Virus record (IMG/VR): IMGVR_UViG_3300028045_000013
Span: 1,263-65,262 of that record
Source: a virus
Taxonomy: Duplodnaviria > Caudoviricetes
Length of the DNA: 64,000 nt
Reading direction: 5' to 3' (one strand)
Shown piece after piece: positions 1 to 9,722 of this stretch (the stretch's first letter is position 1; each line of letters opens with the position of its first letter). Made by a program: the position numbers and the translations under genes. The notes under the pieces were generated by a model, which was given only the letters and a program-made list of their open reading frames with translations, made no database searches and was not told where the DNA came from.

Positions 1-303
1 ATTAGATAGCATTAAATCCATTTTGTCAACATGATTTTGTAGAAGATCCGTAGGCAACATAGCGTCGTGAGTGCCAGTCACTATTTTGAGCATGAGATTT
101 TGCTCCACTGCTACACTACGTAATATAGTTTTACAGAGCAATACAGTCTCCTGCAAACTCACGTTATCATCCATAACTGTAATTATGCGTTGCTCTAATT
201 CATCATTGAGATTTTCGAGTTGTTCCCGTTCATATTTTGATTTTGTCAACGCATCAAATACGAGCCCTAAAGTCTGTTCCTGTTGTTTTTCCGTTAGTTT
301 CAT
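1..303 (-). CDS. Hypothetical protein, runs off the window edge (not in ORF track)
   Basis: ATG at 303 with GGAG RBS; reads MKLTEKQQEQTLGLVFDALTKIKYERE... with no stop down to position 1. Confidence 0.7.
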   Translation of the reverse strand, partial: MKLTEKQQEQTLGLVFDALTKSKYEREQLENLNDELEQRIITVMDDNVSLQETVLLCKTILRSVAVEQNLMLKIVTGTHDAMLPTDLLQNHVDKMDLMLSN

Positions 304-410
304 AATCTTATTCTCCATTTTAGTTACTAGTTACTATTTAATCCTACAAATACCGATCCATAGGACTACACAATAGACTGCATAGATGCTAATGCCTACC
401 CATATCATTT

Positions 411-641
411 TTATACCTCTATTATCTCAACTGTAATACCACTAAGGTCTATATTATGCATAGACTCGATACGTTTAATGCAATCCGCGACGTCTTGACC
501 ATACGCCACTAATACCGCTAGCACACGCACATAATCCTCTAATACCGGATCTTTATACGACACCAAAACACTACCTGCACTACCATTATGGGTAATACAG
601 TTTAATTTATTATTGGTATTCCATTTTAATTTCTTATTCAT
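411..641 (-). CDS. Hypothetical protein
   Basis: Abuts the upstream gene (TAG then ATG) in a minus-strand cluster. Confidence 0.65.
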   Translation of the reverse strand: MNKKLKWNTNNKLNCITHNGSAGSVLVSYKDPVLEDYVRVLAVLVAYGQDVADCIKRIESMHNIDLSGITVEIIEV

Positions 642-941
642 CTAATCAATCTCTACTGGATAATTGTTTCTATCTACTATAATATCAATCTCAGTCATTA
701 ACTCACCAAGACCACCCTCTAGTATCTCCACAATACTATCGTTGAGCTTTTCCGACCCTGCCGCTATACAATCTACTGATAAATCCTCTACAGCCTCCCG
801 TAGTGTGTCTACACGTTTATACATGTAGGCTGTAGTACAATGATTAATAGATATAGCTGTACGTAGATTATTGAGGCGCATTACTAAGCGATTATATCTA
901 GTCTGCAAGGCTGTAAACTCTCTATCGGTATCATTATTCAT
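642..941 (-). CDS. Hypothetical helical protein, paralog of 954..1226
   Basis: AGGAG RBS; shares TRY..LV.RL..L and EDLSVDCI with its neighbour. Confidence 0.75.
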   Translation of the reverse strand: MNNDTDREFTALQTRYNRLVMRLNNLRTAISINHCTTAYMYKRVDTLREAVEDLSVDCIAAGSEKLNDSIVEILEGGLGELMTEIDIIVDRNNYPVEID

Positions 942-953
942 TTTTTCATTCTC

Positions 954-1226
954 CTATTTATTATCTACAATAACGCAATCAAGAGCTGTTAGTATTTTCC
1001 CTCCAGCCTCTAATAACTCAACGAATCTAGTATTCATATCAATATCAATACAATCTACTGATAAATCCTCTATAGATTGTATTAATTTGTAAGTCTTATC
1101 ATATAAATCACTTAAAATAGACGATCTTAATCCAGTATTTATAGTACTTACTGTATTTTTAAGAGATTCCAGCCTATAGACTAAATTAATATATCGGGTA
1201 TTCATCCTACTAGTAGCATTACTCAT
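954..1226 (-). CDS. Hypothetical helical protein, paralog of 642..941
   Basis: Start moved to MSNATSR (GGAG RBS); EDLSVDCI motif shared. Confidence 0.75.
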   Translation of the reverse strand: MSNATSRMNTRYINLVYRLESLKNTVSTINTGLRSSILSDLYDKTYKLIQSIEDLSVDCIDIDMNTRFVELLEAGGKILTALDCVIVDNK

Positions 1227-1621
1227 TTTCAATCTCCATAAACACACACACACACAACATAACTTGGCTCTGATAACTATGTATACTCTCAATATCCTAC
1301 ATTGCAAGCTAATAATACGATCAATCTAGCAATCCACACAACGCCCCTACCCTACAACCACAATGGATACAACACCATAATAAACGCACGTACGCGCAAA
1401 TACAGGATTATCACAACCCTGTCAAACTAATAATTCAATATATCCAATCTTTCTCTTATCGATACAAAATCCGAAAAGAACGGAATAGCACCTACAACGT
1501 AGGAACTAGAAAAAGTAATAGTATGAGACGTTTCAAAAAACAAATTGATTGTAGGTACTATACAGTCCGTTTAAACACTATATGGCAATTTCCCTATAAA
1601 CCCGATTTATTACATATTTAT

Positions 1622-1650
1622 TTGACATCCCTATCACTATCCTATATCAT
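1622..1650 (+). promoter_or_regulatory. Sigma70-like promoter in the non-coding region
   Basis: TTGACA-17 bp-TATCAT with an AT-rich upstream stretch; no convincing ORF downstream. Confidence 0.5.
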
Positions 1651-1986
1651 CTTTCATCCACTCTTTCACCTCCTTTCTACAAACCCCTCTATAGCATATA
1701 GTTACTACATATCACCTATCCTCAAATCTCAACGGCAAGAATAGATACACAATGGAGGGATATAGTCAAATTAAAAAACAAAATAGTTTCAATCCCCTTA
1801 CAATAGGATAATAGATTAGGTTATATATCCTACTCTATACTCTACAACCGACAACACTATATATGCATACTCTTTGCATGTATTACATTAAGCCTCCCAC
1901 TATAAAAAAGTAGAAAGTATAAAAAACCTATTCAAATAAATATATCCATACTGTAACTAAGTAAGATAACAATATAACTAATACCA

Positions 1987-2067
1987 TTGTACCTATCTCT
2001 GTACTGTTGATTACTGTTGTTGTATCTATCTGTTGATTGTAATGGTTGTACTGTTGTTGTACCTATC
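1987..2067. repeat. Short direct repeats (TACTGTTGTTGTAYCTATC x2 plus partial CTGTTG copies)
   Basis: Copies at 2012-2030 and 2049-2067, partial copies at 1987, 2002 and 2030. Confidence 0.7.
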
Positions 2068-2136
2068 ACCACCTTACTTATACAGTAGATATGTATATAC
2101 GCGCGTATCATTGCCTGTAAGCACTATACAACACTA

Positions 2137-2264
2137 TCCATAGTACCTGTTCTATCTATCCATATCCATACATTCTACAATTCCATATATCACTGTTCTA
2201 TGTTTCCATAATCGATACATTCTACAATTCCATAATCGATACATTCTATCTATCCATAATCGAG
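2137..2264. repeat. Degenerate tandem array of six 22-24 bp units, TCCATA-N7-9-TTCTA-N4
   Basis: TCCATA starts at 2137, 2159, 2182, 2205, 2229 and 2253. Confidence 0.8.
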
Positions 2265-2705
2265 TGTTTTCATACGACTAATTTATAGAGATTTTATAGT
2301 TACTATCACCCTCTATTTGTTCCTAATTATTCCTATAGTTACTATGATATTCTTTGTAGTTTCTTAATTCTTCTTTTACTTTCTATAGACCTATCAAACC
2401 CTCATATTTAGAAATTATAGAATGAGATATCTTTATGCTTATAGAAACTAGACCTAGGGGTTCTTTTATTGTTGTAGGACTTAGAAAGAAAAGTGTTGAA
2501 AGCCCACAAATTTAGTTACCCCCTACTAGTATACACTCGAATTTTTCCTACATACATTTTCTCCTTCCTCTTCCCTCCCTTCCCATAAATACATAAGCCT
2601 CCCTGTTCTCTCACACAGAAAAAGTCCCTATACCTAAAATCCTAAAAAATACCAAACCTTTTCCTATATACACGCGAGATTCCTACATTCCCAAACTTCC
2701 CTATC

Positions 2706-2749
2706 TACCCGAACTAATTTCTATATGGTTGATATACTTTTGTTATAAT
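2706..2749 (+). promoter_or_regulatory. Putative late promoter for the terminase operon
   Basis: Extended -10 TGtTATAAT without a well-spaced -35; upstream TACCCGAACTA also found at 6136. Confidence 0.5.
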
Positions 2750-2786
2750 GGTACACCTACCCATAGGAATCACACAGGAGATGAGT

Positions 2787-3377
2787 ATGAGCAAAATGGT
2801 AGGTACAAGTGTATCGGAGATCAATTCCGGTAAAAGGATGACGTACAGTGATTGGTGCTTCTTTAATGATGAAGGTTTGACGGTACAAGAAATAAAGTTT
2901 GCAGATGCATATACAGAGAATCCAGATATGCAAGCAGCAGCTATAGAAGCTGGGATAGAGGAGCAGAAGGCTAAAGGATGGGCTAAAGCTTTATTGAGGA
3001 AACCGCAAGTAAAGAGAAGGATAGAAAACAACCTAGCCATAGCACGTAGGTCTAGTGTTATGTCTGTTAGAGAAAGATTGGATCTATTGACCAATATAGG
3101 TAGGTCTTCTATTGTGGATTGTATATCTGTAGTAAATGGTAGATTGGAAATTGATCTAGAGAAAGCGAAAGCTATAGGAAGTGATAGGGGTATATGTAGT
3201 ATTAAGATTGATGATAAGTCAGATACATTGGGTGGAAGTAGTAGATCCAGATCGGTGCAGATGACTAGTCCTATCCAAGCTGTGCAGGAGTTGAACAGAA
3301 TGCAGAAGGTATATGATCAGAAGTTGCAGAATACTGGAGCTATAGTTCTTATCCCTAGAGAAGATTTGGAGTTGTAA
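2787..3377 (+). CDS. terS: Terminase small subunit
   Basis: Terminase_2-like pattern LT.QE..FAD.Y......AAI.AG...LL.KP.V...I; directly upstream of terL; AGGAG RBS. Confidence 0.85.
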   Translation: MSKMVGTSVSEINSGKRMTYSDWCFFNDEGLTVQEIKFADAYTENPDMQAAAIEAGIEEQKAKGWAKALLRKPQVKRRIENNLAIARRSSVMSVRERLDLLTNIGRSSIVDCISVVNGRLEIDLEKAKAIGSDRGICSIKIDDKSDTLGGSSRSRSVQMTSPIQAVQELNRMQKVYDQKLQNTGAIVLIPREDLEL

Positions 3378-4783
3378 TGAAGGATACACCAATAGTAATA
3401 GAAGAGGAGTATGAACTTTCTACTCCTTCTAGGCTTGTAGGAGTTTCTGGAGCTAGGAGGGAGGAGGAAGGATACTGGGATAAGACAGATAAGCAATTCC
3501 AAGCTATTGCTATTATGTGCCAAGTGCAAACTAGGTTCTTTTTGATAGATGGAGGGTCTAGAAGTGGGAAGACATTTATATGTATCTATGCTATATGTGT
3601 TAGAGCATTGAAGTATAAGAATAGTAGACATTGTGTTCTAAGGTTGAGATTTAATCATGCGAAGACATCTTTGTGTAATGATACGATTCCTAAAGTGTTG
3701 AGAACGTGCTTCCCTTCTCTTGTAGATTTAGTGAAGGAGAATAAGCAATACAGTTACTACACCTTTCCAAATGGTTCTGAACTGTGGGTAGGTGGTCTAG
3801 ATGATAAAGCAAGGGTAGAGAAGATCCTTGGTAATGAATATGGAACCATGTATTTTAATGAGTGTAGTCAAATTGATTTTAATGCATATGAAATAGCCAT
3901 TACTCGTTTGGCGCAGAAAGTAGAAGGGATGAAGCTTCTAGCATTGTTTGACTGTAACCCACCTAGTATTAAGCATTGGACTTATATTATGTGGTACAAG
4001 TTCCTAAACTATGAAGACCATATCCCAATGAAGAAGGAAGTGAAGAAGAGGTATAAGGTTCTAAAGATCAATCCATCTGATAACTTAGAGAACGTAGGTG
4101 ACTCCTACTTAGAAATCTTAGAGGGAATGTCTGAAGCTAGGAAGAAACGATTTATGCATGGTGAGTATTCTACAGGAGCGGAAGGAGCTTTGTTCTCAGT
4201 TTCTAATATTCATAAGAATAGAATGCAGAAGAAGGATGTCCCAGATTATATTCATTGTGGAGTAGGAGTAGACCCTGCTGCTAAGGATAAGACCACATCG
4301 GATGAAACAGGGATTGTAGGTGGTGGAGCTGCTAAGTTCGAAGATGATGGTGAATGGCACTACTTTATAGAACTAGATTATTCTAGAAGAGGGAAACCAA
4401 ATGTCTGGGCTAATACATCCAAGCGTTGTTATGATGACATAGAAGGTGATAAGATCATCGGGGAGACTAATAACGGTGGTGATATGGTAGAGTCCACTCT
4501 ACGTACTGTAGATGAGGATATATCATATATAGGTGTTCATGCTTCTAGAGGGAAGGCTATTCGAGCTGAGCCGGTAGCATCTCTAGCTGCTAGAAATAGA
4601 TTGCACATAGTAGGACATTTACCAGATTTAGAAAATGAGATGGTATCGTGGGAACCTGATGAATCTAAATGGTCTCCGAATCACATGGATGCGATGGTGT
4701 GGTTAGTAACATGGCTAATGAATAAAACTAGAGTGAAGAGACCAAGGATCAGAAAGTTAACCGATAAAGGTAATAGAAAATGA
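3377..4783 (+). CDS. terL: Terminase large subunit
   Basis: Walker A GGSRSGKT, Walker B YFNE, DCNP motif, RNase H-like nuclease motifs GVDPA, SDETG, ETNNGG and SPNHMDA. Confidence 0.95.
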   Translation: MKDTPIVIEEEYELSTPSRLVGVSGARREEEGYWDKTDKQFQAIAIMCQVQTRFFLIDGGSRSGKTFICIYAICVRALKYKNSRHCVLRLRFNHAKTSLCNDTIPKVLRTCFPSLVDLVKENKQYSYYTFPNGSELWVGGLDDKARVEKILGNEYGTMYFNECSQIDFNAYEIAITRLAQKVEGMKLLALFDCNPPSIKHWTYIMWYKFLNYEDHIPMKKEVKKRYKVLKINPSDNLENVGDSYLEILEGMSEARKKRFMHGEYSTGAEGALFSVSNIHKNRMQKKDVPDYIHCGVGVDPAAKDKTTSDETGIVGGGAAKFEDDGEWHYFIELDYSRRGKPNVWANTSKRCYDDIEGDKIIGETNNGGDMVESTLRTVDEDISYIGVHASRGKAIRAEPVASLAARNRLHIVGHLPDLENEMVSWEPDESKWSPNHMDAMVWLVTWLMNKTRVKRPRIRKLTDKGNRK

Positions 4784-6129
4784 GCAGACAAACGATATTT
4801 GATTTAGAGTGTAAGAAGAGTAGGGCACAGGGTTCTTTTGTTCCTATGGGAGGGAGAGTAGAAGTGTCTTGGAATGATTGGGGTTCTTCTAGTAATAATA
4901 CACATAATGCCTATGCTGAATGCTCCGCCGTTTATACGTGTATACATGAAATGGCAACCTCAGCAGCTATGGTTCCTTTTATTTTGAGAGACAGAGCTAC
5001 TAAAACAAAAATAGAAAATGAGGTAACAGAACTATTAGCCTTTCCTAATAAGAAGGAAGACAGAACAACCTTCTGGGAGAATGTATATGGTTTCTATCTT
5101 TTACAGGGTAATGTAGGAATAGAAGCCACACCTTATTATGAACCAAGGGATAAGAAGGTATTCCAGAAGGAAATAAAAGAGTTGTACGTAACTCCTTTTA
5201 CTAATGTAGTACTTGTTCTGAGTGAATCAAGTGGAATGGTAACTTCTTATGTAGTGAATCCTTATAATACAAATGGTAAGGGGAAGAAGTTTACGGTAGC
5301 TCCAGCGTCAGGCCGTTGTAAGATGCTGCATATTAAAACATTTAATCCTTCTAGTTTATGGAAGGGTTTATCTCCTATAGAAGCTGTCTCTAGAAATATC
5401 GATACTTTTCAGTCAGCTGGTGAGTGGAACCAAGGATTACTACAGAATTCAGCTAGGCCATCAGGAGTATTCTCCTATGATGATACAGATGGTGGAGTTC
5501 TTACAGAACCTCAGTATGAAAGATTGAAGAAAGAAATTAATGAGAATTATACTGGAGCGACACATGCTGGAGTCCCTATTCTCCTAGAAGGTGGACTTTC
5601 ATGGAAAGCTACAGGAATGACTCCACAAGAAATGGAATTCCTATCTAGTAGAGCTTCTTCAGGAAAAGAGGTTGCAGCAGCACTAGGTTATCCACCACAA
5701 CTGCTAGCTAATGCCGGGGACAATACTTATAATAATCAGAAGGAAGCTAGATTGTCTCTATGGACAGATACCCTAATGCCACTTACTATGAGGATGGGAA
5801 TTTCCCTAACAGCATGGTTATCTAAGCTAGGGGCTATAGATGGTAAAACACAGGAAGTAGTACCTGTGTTTGAAGAAATAGGAGCCTTGCAAGCTATTAG
5901 AGATTCCCTATGGGAAAAAGCAGGTGTAAAAGGAAAGGATATCTTAACCATAAACGAACGAAGGGATATTATAGGATTTAAGAATATACCGGGAATGGAT
6001 GGAATTGTAGCAAATGCAGCTCAAGTACCTTTAGAATATGCATTGCGGGACCCTTCCGAAAGGGAACCAGTCACTGTAATCAAAGATAACATTACTAAAA
6101 AGCCTAATAAAAATAAAGATGCAAAATAG
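4780..6129 (+). CDS. HK97-family portal protein
   Basis: VY.CI..A, LL.GN, GLSPI, N.ARPSG, LLEGGL.W, TYNN and LTINE.R motifs. Confidence 0.95.
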   Translation: MSRQTIFDLECKKSRAQGSFVPMGGRVEVSWNDWGSSSNNTHNAYAECSAVYTCIHEMATSAAMVPFILRDRATKTKIENEVTELLAFPNKKEDRTTFWENVYGFYLLQGNVGIEATPYYEPRDKKVFQKEIKELYVTPFTNVVLVLSESSGMVTSYVVNPYNTNGKGKKFTVAPASGRCKMLHIKTFNPSSLWKGLSPIEAVSRNIDTFQSAGEWNQGLLQNSARPSGVFSYDDTDGGVLTEPQYERLKKEINENYTGATHAGVPILLEGGLSWKATGMTPQEMEFLSSRASSGKEVAAALGYPPQLLANAGDNTYNNQKEARLSLWTDTLMPLTMRMGISLTAWLSKLGAIDGKTQEVVPVFEEIGALQAIRDSLWEKAGVKGKDILTINERRDIIGFKNIPGMDGIVANAAQVPLEYALRDPSEREPVTVIKDNITKKPNKNKDAK

Positions 6130-6135
6130 GGAGTT

Positions 6136-6186
6136 TACCCGAACTATAAATAAAGGACTATACAGACAGAGTAGAAATGGTATAGT
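6136..6186 (+). promoter_or_regulatory. Putative late promoter for the head operon
   Basis: TACCCGAACTA followed by extended -10 TGgTATAGT in the portal-protease intergenic gap. Confidence 0.45.
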
Positions 6187-6207
6187 GCTAAGTAAGGAGA
6201 CAGGAAT

Positions 6208-6933
6208 ATGAGTTTGAGTAAGAAATATATAGAAACTCCTTTTGAAGTGAAAACAATAGAGGAGACCGGTGCATTTACTGGTTACGCAGCTGTTTTCAAT
6301 AATGTAGATTCACACAAGGATATTATATTACCGGGCGCATGTACAAAATCCATTGAAGAGAGTGGAGGGATATGGCCAATTCTAGATAGTCATTGGGGTG
6401 AGCAGCTAGGGTGGAATGCTGTAGCTTCTGAAGATTCTACAGGTTTGTTAGTAACTGGTGGACTTAACATGAAAGTTGCCAAAGCTGTAGAAAAACATGC
6501 ACTTGCCCAGCAAGCTAAGAAGGTAGGAGGTAAAATGGGATTATCCATTGGTTTTTATACCAAAGAATCCTCCTATAATGAAGAGACTGATATTAGGACT
6601 TTAATGGAGATTGACATACAGGAATATAGTTTTGTCGTGTTTCCATCAAATACAAGAGCACAGGTGCTTTCTATGAAATCCATACTTGGGGATCTAGGAA
6701 AGCAGTTAAAGACATCTGAGATAACAACAGATCCTAGATTGCTAGAAAGCCTCCTACGTGAGGTAGGGTTTTCTAATTCTGTAAGTAAGAAGACAGCCAG
6801 TACAGCTATCTCTCTTTCTCATACAGATACAAAGAATCTATGTGAGGTAGATGAAATTGATCAAAGCGAGCTAGAGGAATTATCGTTGATTATGACATTG
6901 ATGGAACAGAAAGTAGAACTACTAAAAATATAA
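6208..6933 (+). CDS. HK97-type prohead protease (S78)
   Basis: FTGYAAVFNNVDS..DII.PGA, catalytic His region, GLSIGF, EYSFVVFPSN. Confidence 0.95.
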   Translation: MSLSKKYIETPFEVKTIEETGAFTGYAAVFNNVDSHKDIILPGACTKSIEESGGIWPILDSHWGEQLGWNAVASEDSTGLLVTGGLNMKVAKAVEKHALAQQAKKVGGKMGLSIGFYTKESSYNEETDIRTLMEIDIQEYSFVVFPSNTRAQVLSMKSILGDLGKQLKTSEITTDPRLLESLLREVGFSNSVSKKTASTAISLSHTDTKNLCEVDEIDQSELEELSLIMTLMEQKVELLKI

Positions 6934-6943
6934 GGAGTACAAA

Positions 6944-8233
6944 ATGCCTACACCGGGATTACAAGAAATTAAAGAGGACATGCAAGCTCATTTCACAAAG
7001 ATGCGTGTTGCTGTAGAGGATATGAAAGCCCATGCGGATCGTATGGAAGCAGTAGAAAAGAAAACAAATCACATCCCTACTGACTTCAAAGAAACATGGG
7101 ATAAGATCAATACTGCGGTAGATAGCTTTGATGAAAAGCACACTGCCATGATCACTGAGCATAAGAAACTTACTGATGAGTATGATTCTATTGAAGTGAA
7201 GCTTGCAGAACTGGAACGTAACAACGGTCTTTCTACAAAAGAGAAAGTAGAAGCACTAGGTGCTAAACATATGGAACAGTATGAAGAATTCCTTCGTATG
7301 TCTCCTGATGACTTTGATACTAAGCGTAAACAGGCACTGCGGGATATTCAGAAAAAAGCTATGTATGTAGGATCTGATCCTGATGGTGGTTTCTTTGTAC
7401 CACGTCCAATGTCTAATCTTATTGTTTCTGCAAAACGAGATGCTACACCTTTCAGACAAGAAGCAGCAGTAACTTCAGTATCAGGTGACACCTTCCGTTA
7501 TATGATGGATATAGGGGAAATGACAGCTGTATGGGTTAAGGAACGTCAAGCACGTTCTAATAGTGCTACTCCTAAGATGGAAGAAGCAGAAATCAAAGTA
7601 CACGAAATGTATTGTGCTCCTGCACTTACACAACAGTTACTAGAAGATGCTGCTTTTCCAGTAGAGTCTTGGTTGGGTGGTAAAGTAGGGGAAGCTTTTG
7701 GTAATCTAGAAGCTTATGCATTCCTATTAGGTTCAGGTGTAGGACAGCCGCGTGGTATTCTTACCTATGATTCAGGAACTACATGGGACACGATTGAGCA
7801 GATTTCTACTGGAACTGCTAGTGTAGTAAAAGGCGACGATCTGATGAATATTCAGAATCGTATTAAAGAAGCTTATGGAGCAAATGCAAAATGGTACATG
7901 AACCGTTTGACTTTACTTCCTATTCGTCAGCTTAAATCTGATAACACTCAGTATCTATGGCAGCCCGGATTGAAAGCAGGAGAACCAAATACACTTCTAG
8001 GTGATCCGATTGTTAAGATGTCCTATATGCCTACTGTTGTTGATAGTGGACTTCCCATTATGTATGGTGACTTGAAGAAAGCTTACCAGATTGTAGATCG
8101 TAGTGTAATTCGTGTTTTGCGTGATCCGTTCACACAGAATCCTTACATTGTATTTAAAACGTCTTCTCGTGTAGGCGGTGATGTTGTTAATTTTGAAGCA
8201 ATGAAACTTCTTAAAATTACAGCAGCAGCATAA
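6944..8233 (+). CDS. HK97-fold major capsid protein with N-terminal coiled-coil scaffold domain
   Basis: DGGFFVP, QQLLEDA, G.G.GQPRGIL, YLWQPG, GD.K.AY.IVDR, RVGG.V. Confidence 0.95.
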   Translation: MPTPGLQEIKEDMQAHFTKMRVAVEDMKAHADRMEAVEKKTNHIPTDFKETWDKINTAVDSFDEKHTAMITEHKKLTDEYDSIEVKLAELERNNGLSTKEKVEALGAKHMEQYEEFLRMSPDDFDTKRKQALRDIQKKAMYVGSDPDGGFFVPRPMSNLIVSAKRDATPFRQEAAVTSVSGDTFRYMMDIGEMTAVWVKERQARSNSATPKMEEAEIKVHEMYCAPALTQQLLEDAAFPVESWLGGKVGEAFGNLEAYAFLLGSGVGQPRGILTYDSGTTWDTIEQISTGTASVVKGDDLMNIQNRIKEAYGANAKWYMNRLTLLPIRQLKSDNTQYLWQPGLKAGEPNTLLGDPIVKMSYMPTVVDSGLPIMYGDLKKAYQIVDRSVIRVLRDPFTQNPYIVFKTSSRVGGDVVNFEAMKLLKITAAA

Positions 8234-8263
8234 TTTTAACTTTCTAAATTAGGAGAAAATAGA

Positions 8264-8686
8264 ATGCGTGATAATAGACATATGGCAATACCTGTACTTG
8301 GGGGCTATGTCGCCGCTGGTTCTACAGGTAGTACTGATGGTGTTGAAGTAGATGCACAGGGAGATAAGGCTGTTTCCTTTACGTTGAATGTTACTGAAGC
8401 TACAGGAGTAACTTCCTGCGTGATGACTCTAGAAGACAGTGATACAAGTGGTTCTGGTTTTGCAGCATGTACTTTCGATGATGTTGTAGGTGCTACAGAT
8501 GATGGATCTACTATAGGTAGTATCTCTACTGGAACAGCAGTAGGTTCAGGCACACTTGGTTATTCTGGAAACAAACGATATGTAAGAGCTACAGTAGATT
8601 ATGTAGCAACAGATATTGACTTGAATGTAATTAATGTAACGACTCCTTCGAAGTCAGCTTCATTGATTGCTATTCCGGGAGCGTAA
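8264..8686 (+). CDS. Capsid decoration/cement protein (Bbp16-like jelly roll)
   Basis: Follows the MCP; LEDSD...F and GY.GNKRYVR pattern. Confidence 0.65.
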   Translation: MRDNRHMAIPVLGGYVAAGSTGSTDGVEVDAQGDKAVSFTLNVTEATGVTSCVMTLEDSDTSGSGFAACTFDDVVGATDDGSTIGSISTGTAVGSGTLGYSGNKRYVRATVDYVATDIDLNVINVTTPSKSASLIAIPGA

Positions 8687-8695
8687 GGACTTAGT

Positions 8696-8738
8696 ATAGA
8701 ATAGGAGTGGGATTTAAACCCTCGCACTCCTATTCTAT
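8696..8738 (+). terminator. Strong hairpin after the capsid and decoration genes (attenuator or mRNA stabiliser)
   Basis: 14-bp perfect inverted repeat ATAGAATAGGAGTG/CACTCCTATTCTAT; weak U tract. Confidence 0.65.
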
Positions 8739-8753
8739 TATAGGAGATAAAAA

Positions 8754-9092
8754 ATGCCAGAAGAAGTAAATGTAAAAATATTACAAATGTTCGGTATCGC
8801 CCACGATAATATAGGAATAGACAAGACTACATATATTACAGGTCAGCAGACTATTATGGAAAAAGGATTTGCTGAACGACAAGAACGTGTAGGACGTGTT
8901 CAAATATTAGAGGCTGTAGAGAACATACCTGTAGAAGTAGAAGAAAAAGCACAGTTGACTTTCAAACAACTGATGAAAATGAATATCAGTGAGTTGATTG
9001 ACTTTGTAGAAGAAGCTACTGATGAAGATGTAGATCCAAAAACTTCTAAAAAAGATTTAGCCAACCGTGTGTTGGAATTGCACAACAAGTAG
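8754..9092 (+). CDS. Hypothetical head-region protein with C-terminal Rho-N/HeH-like module
   Basis: LMKMNISELIDF...KTSKKDLANRVL; such genes commonly follow the MCP. Confidence 0.6.
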   Translation: MPEEVNVKILQMFGIAHDNIGIDKTTYITGQQTIMEKGFAERQERVGRVQILEAVENIPVEVEEKAQLTFKQLMKMNISELIDFVEEATDEDVDPKTSKKDLANRVLELHNK

Positions 9093-9110
9093 TAATAAGG
9101 AAAGGTTTCT

Positions 9111-9722
9111 ATGAAAATAGTACCACATTATGATGTTCCTGTTCCTGCTAGTGCAAATGTAATACTAACTGTAGCAGAAGTAAAAGAATACTGTTATGCA
9201 GATGCGGTAGGGACTGAAGATGATAGTTTATTTGAATCTTTAGAACTAGGAGCACGAAATTTATGTGAGGAGTTTCTAGGAAGACCTTTACTAACCAGCA
9301 CAGCAGTATTCTGGTATAACTATGCGAAAGTAGTAGAACTAAACCAATGCAGTAAAAGAGTGTTAGAACTTCCATTAGGAAAGCTACAATCTATAGGAGC
9401 TATTAATACATATAAGATTGATACTACAGAAGTTGTAGTGGATACAGACAATTATGAAACGTCTGTTACATCTAATCAGTTTGCTTCTGTATACTTTTCA
9501 GAGGACATACTAGTTAACAACGATGATCCAAGAGTACTAGATACTATGAAGATCACAGTAACAGCAGGTTTTGGAGATACCACTACTTCTGTTCCTGATA
9601 CTATAAAAATAGGTATGAAAGCTTTATGTGCTTATTGGTATGAATATAGAGAGAATCAAGAATCTATACCTTCTAATGTAAAAGCATTATGGTCCCCTTA
9701 TGTAATAAAGAGGTTTAAGTAA
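9111..9722 (+). CDS. Head-tail connector (gp6-like adaptor)
   Basis: LTVAEVKEY, EEFLGRPL, VP..IK......AYWYEYRE. Confidence 0.9.
   Translation: MKIVPHYDVPVPASANVILTVAEVKEYCYADAVGTEDDSLFESLELGARNLCEEFLGRPLLTSTAVFWYNYAKVVELNQCSKRVLELPLGKLQSIGAINTYKIDTTEVVVDTDNYETSVTSNQFASVYFSEDILVNNDDPRVLDTMKITVTAGFGDTTTSVPDTIKIGMKALCAYWYEYRENQESIPSNVKALWSPYVIKRFK

Noticed and set aside
1242-1256. (CA)n tract as a phase-variation switch
   Set aside because: Short, lies in a leader outside both the coding region and a promoter spacer, and there is no evidence of length variation.
2137-2264. Mini-CRISPR array
   Set aside because: Units are only 22-24 bp in total, degenerate and have no unique spacers; no cas genes.
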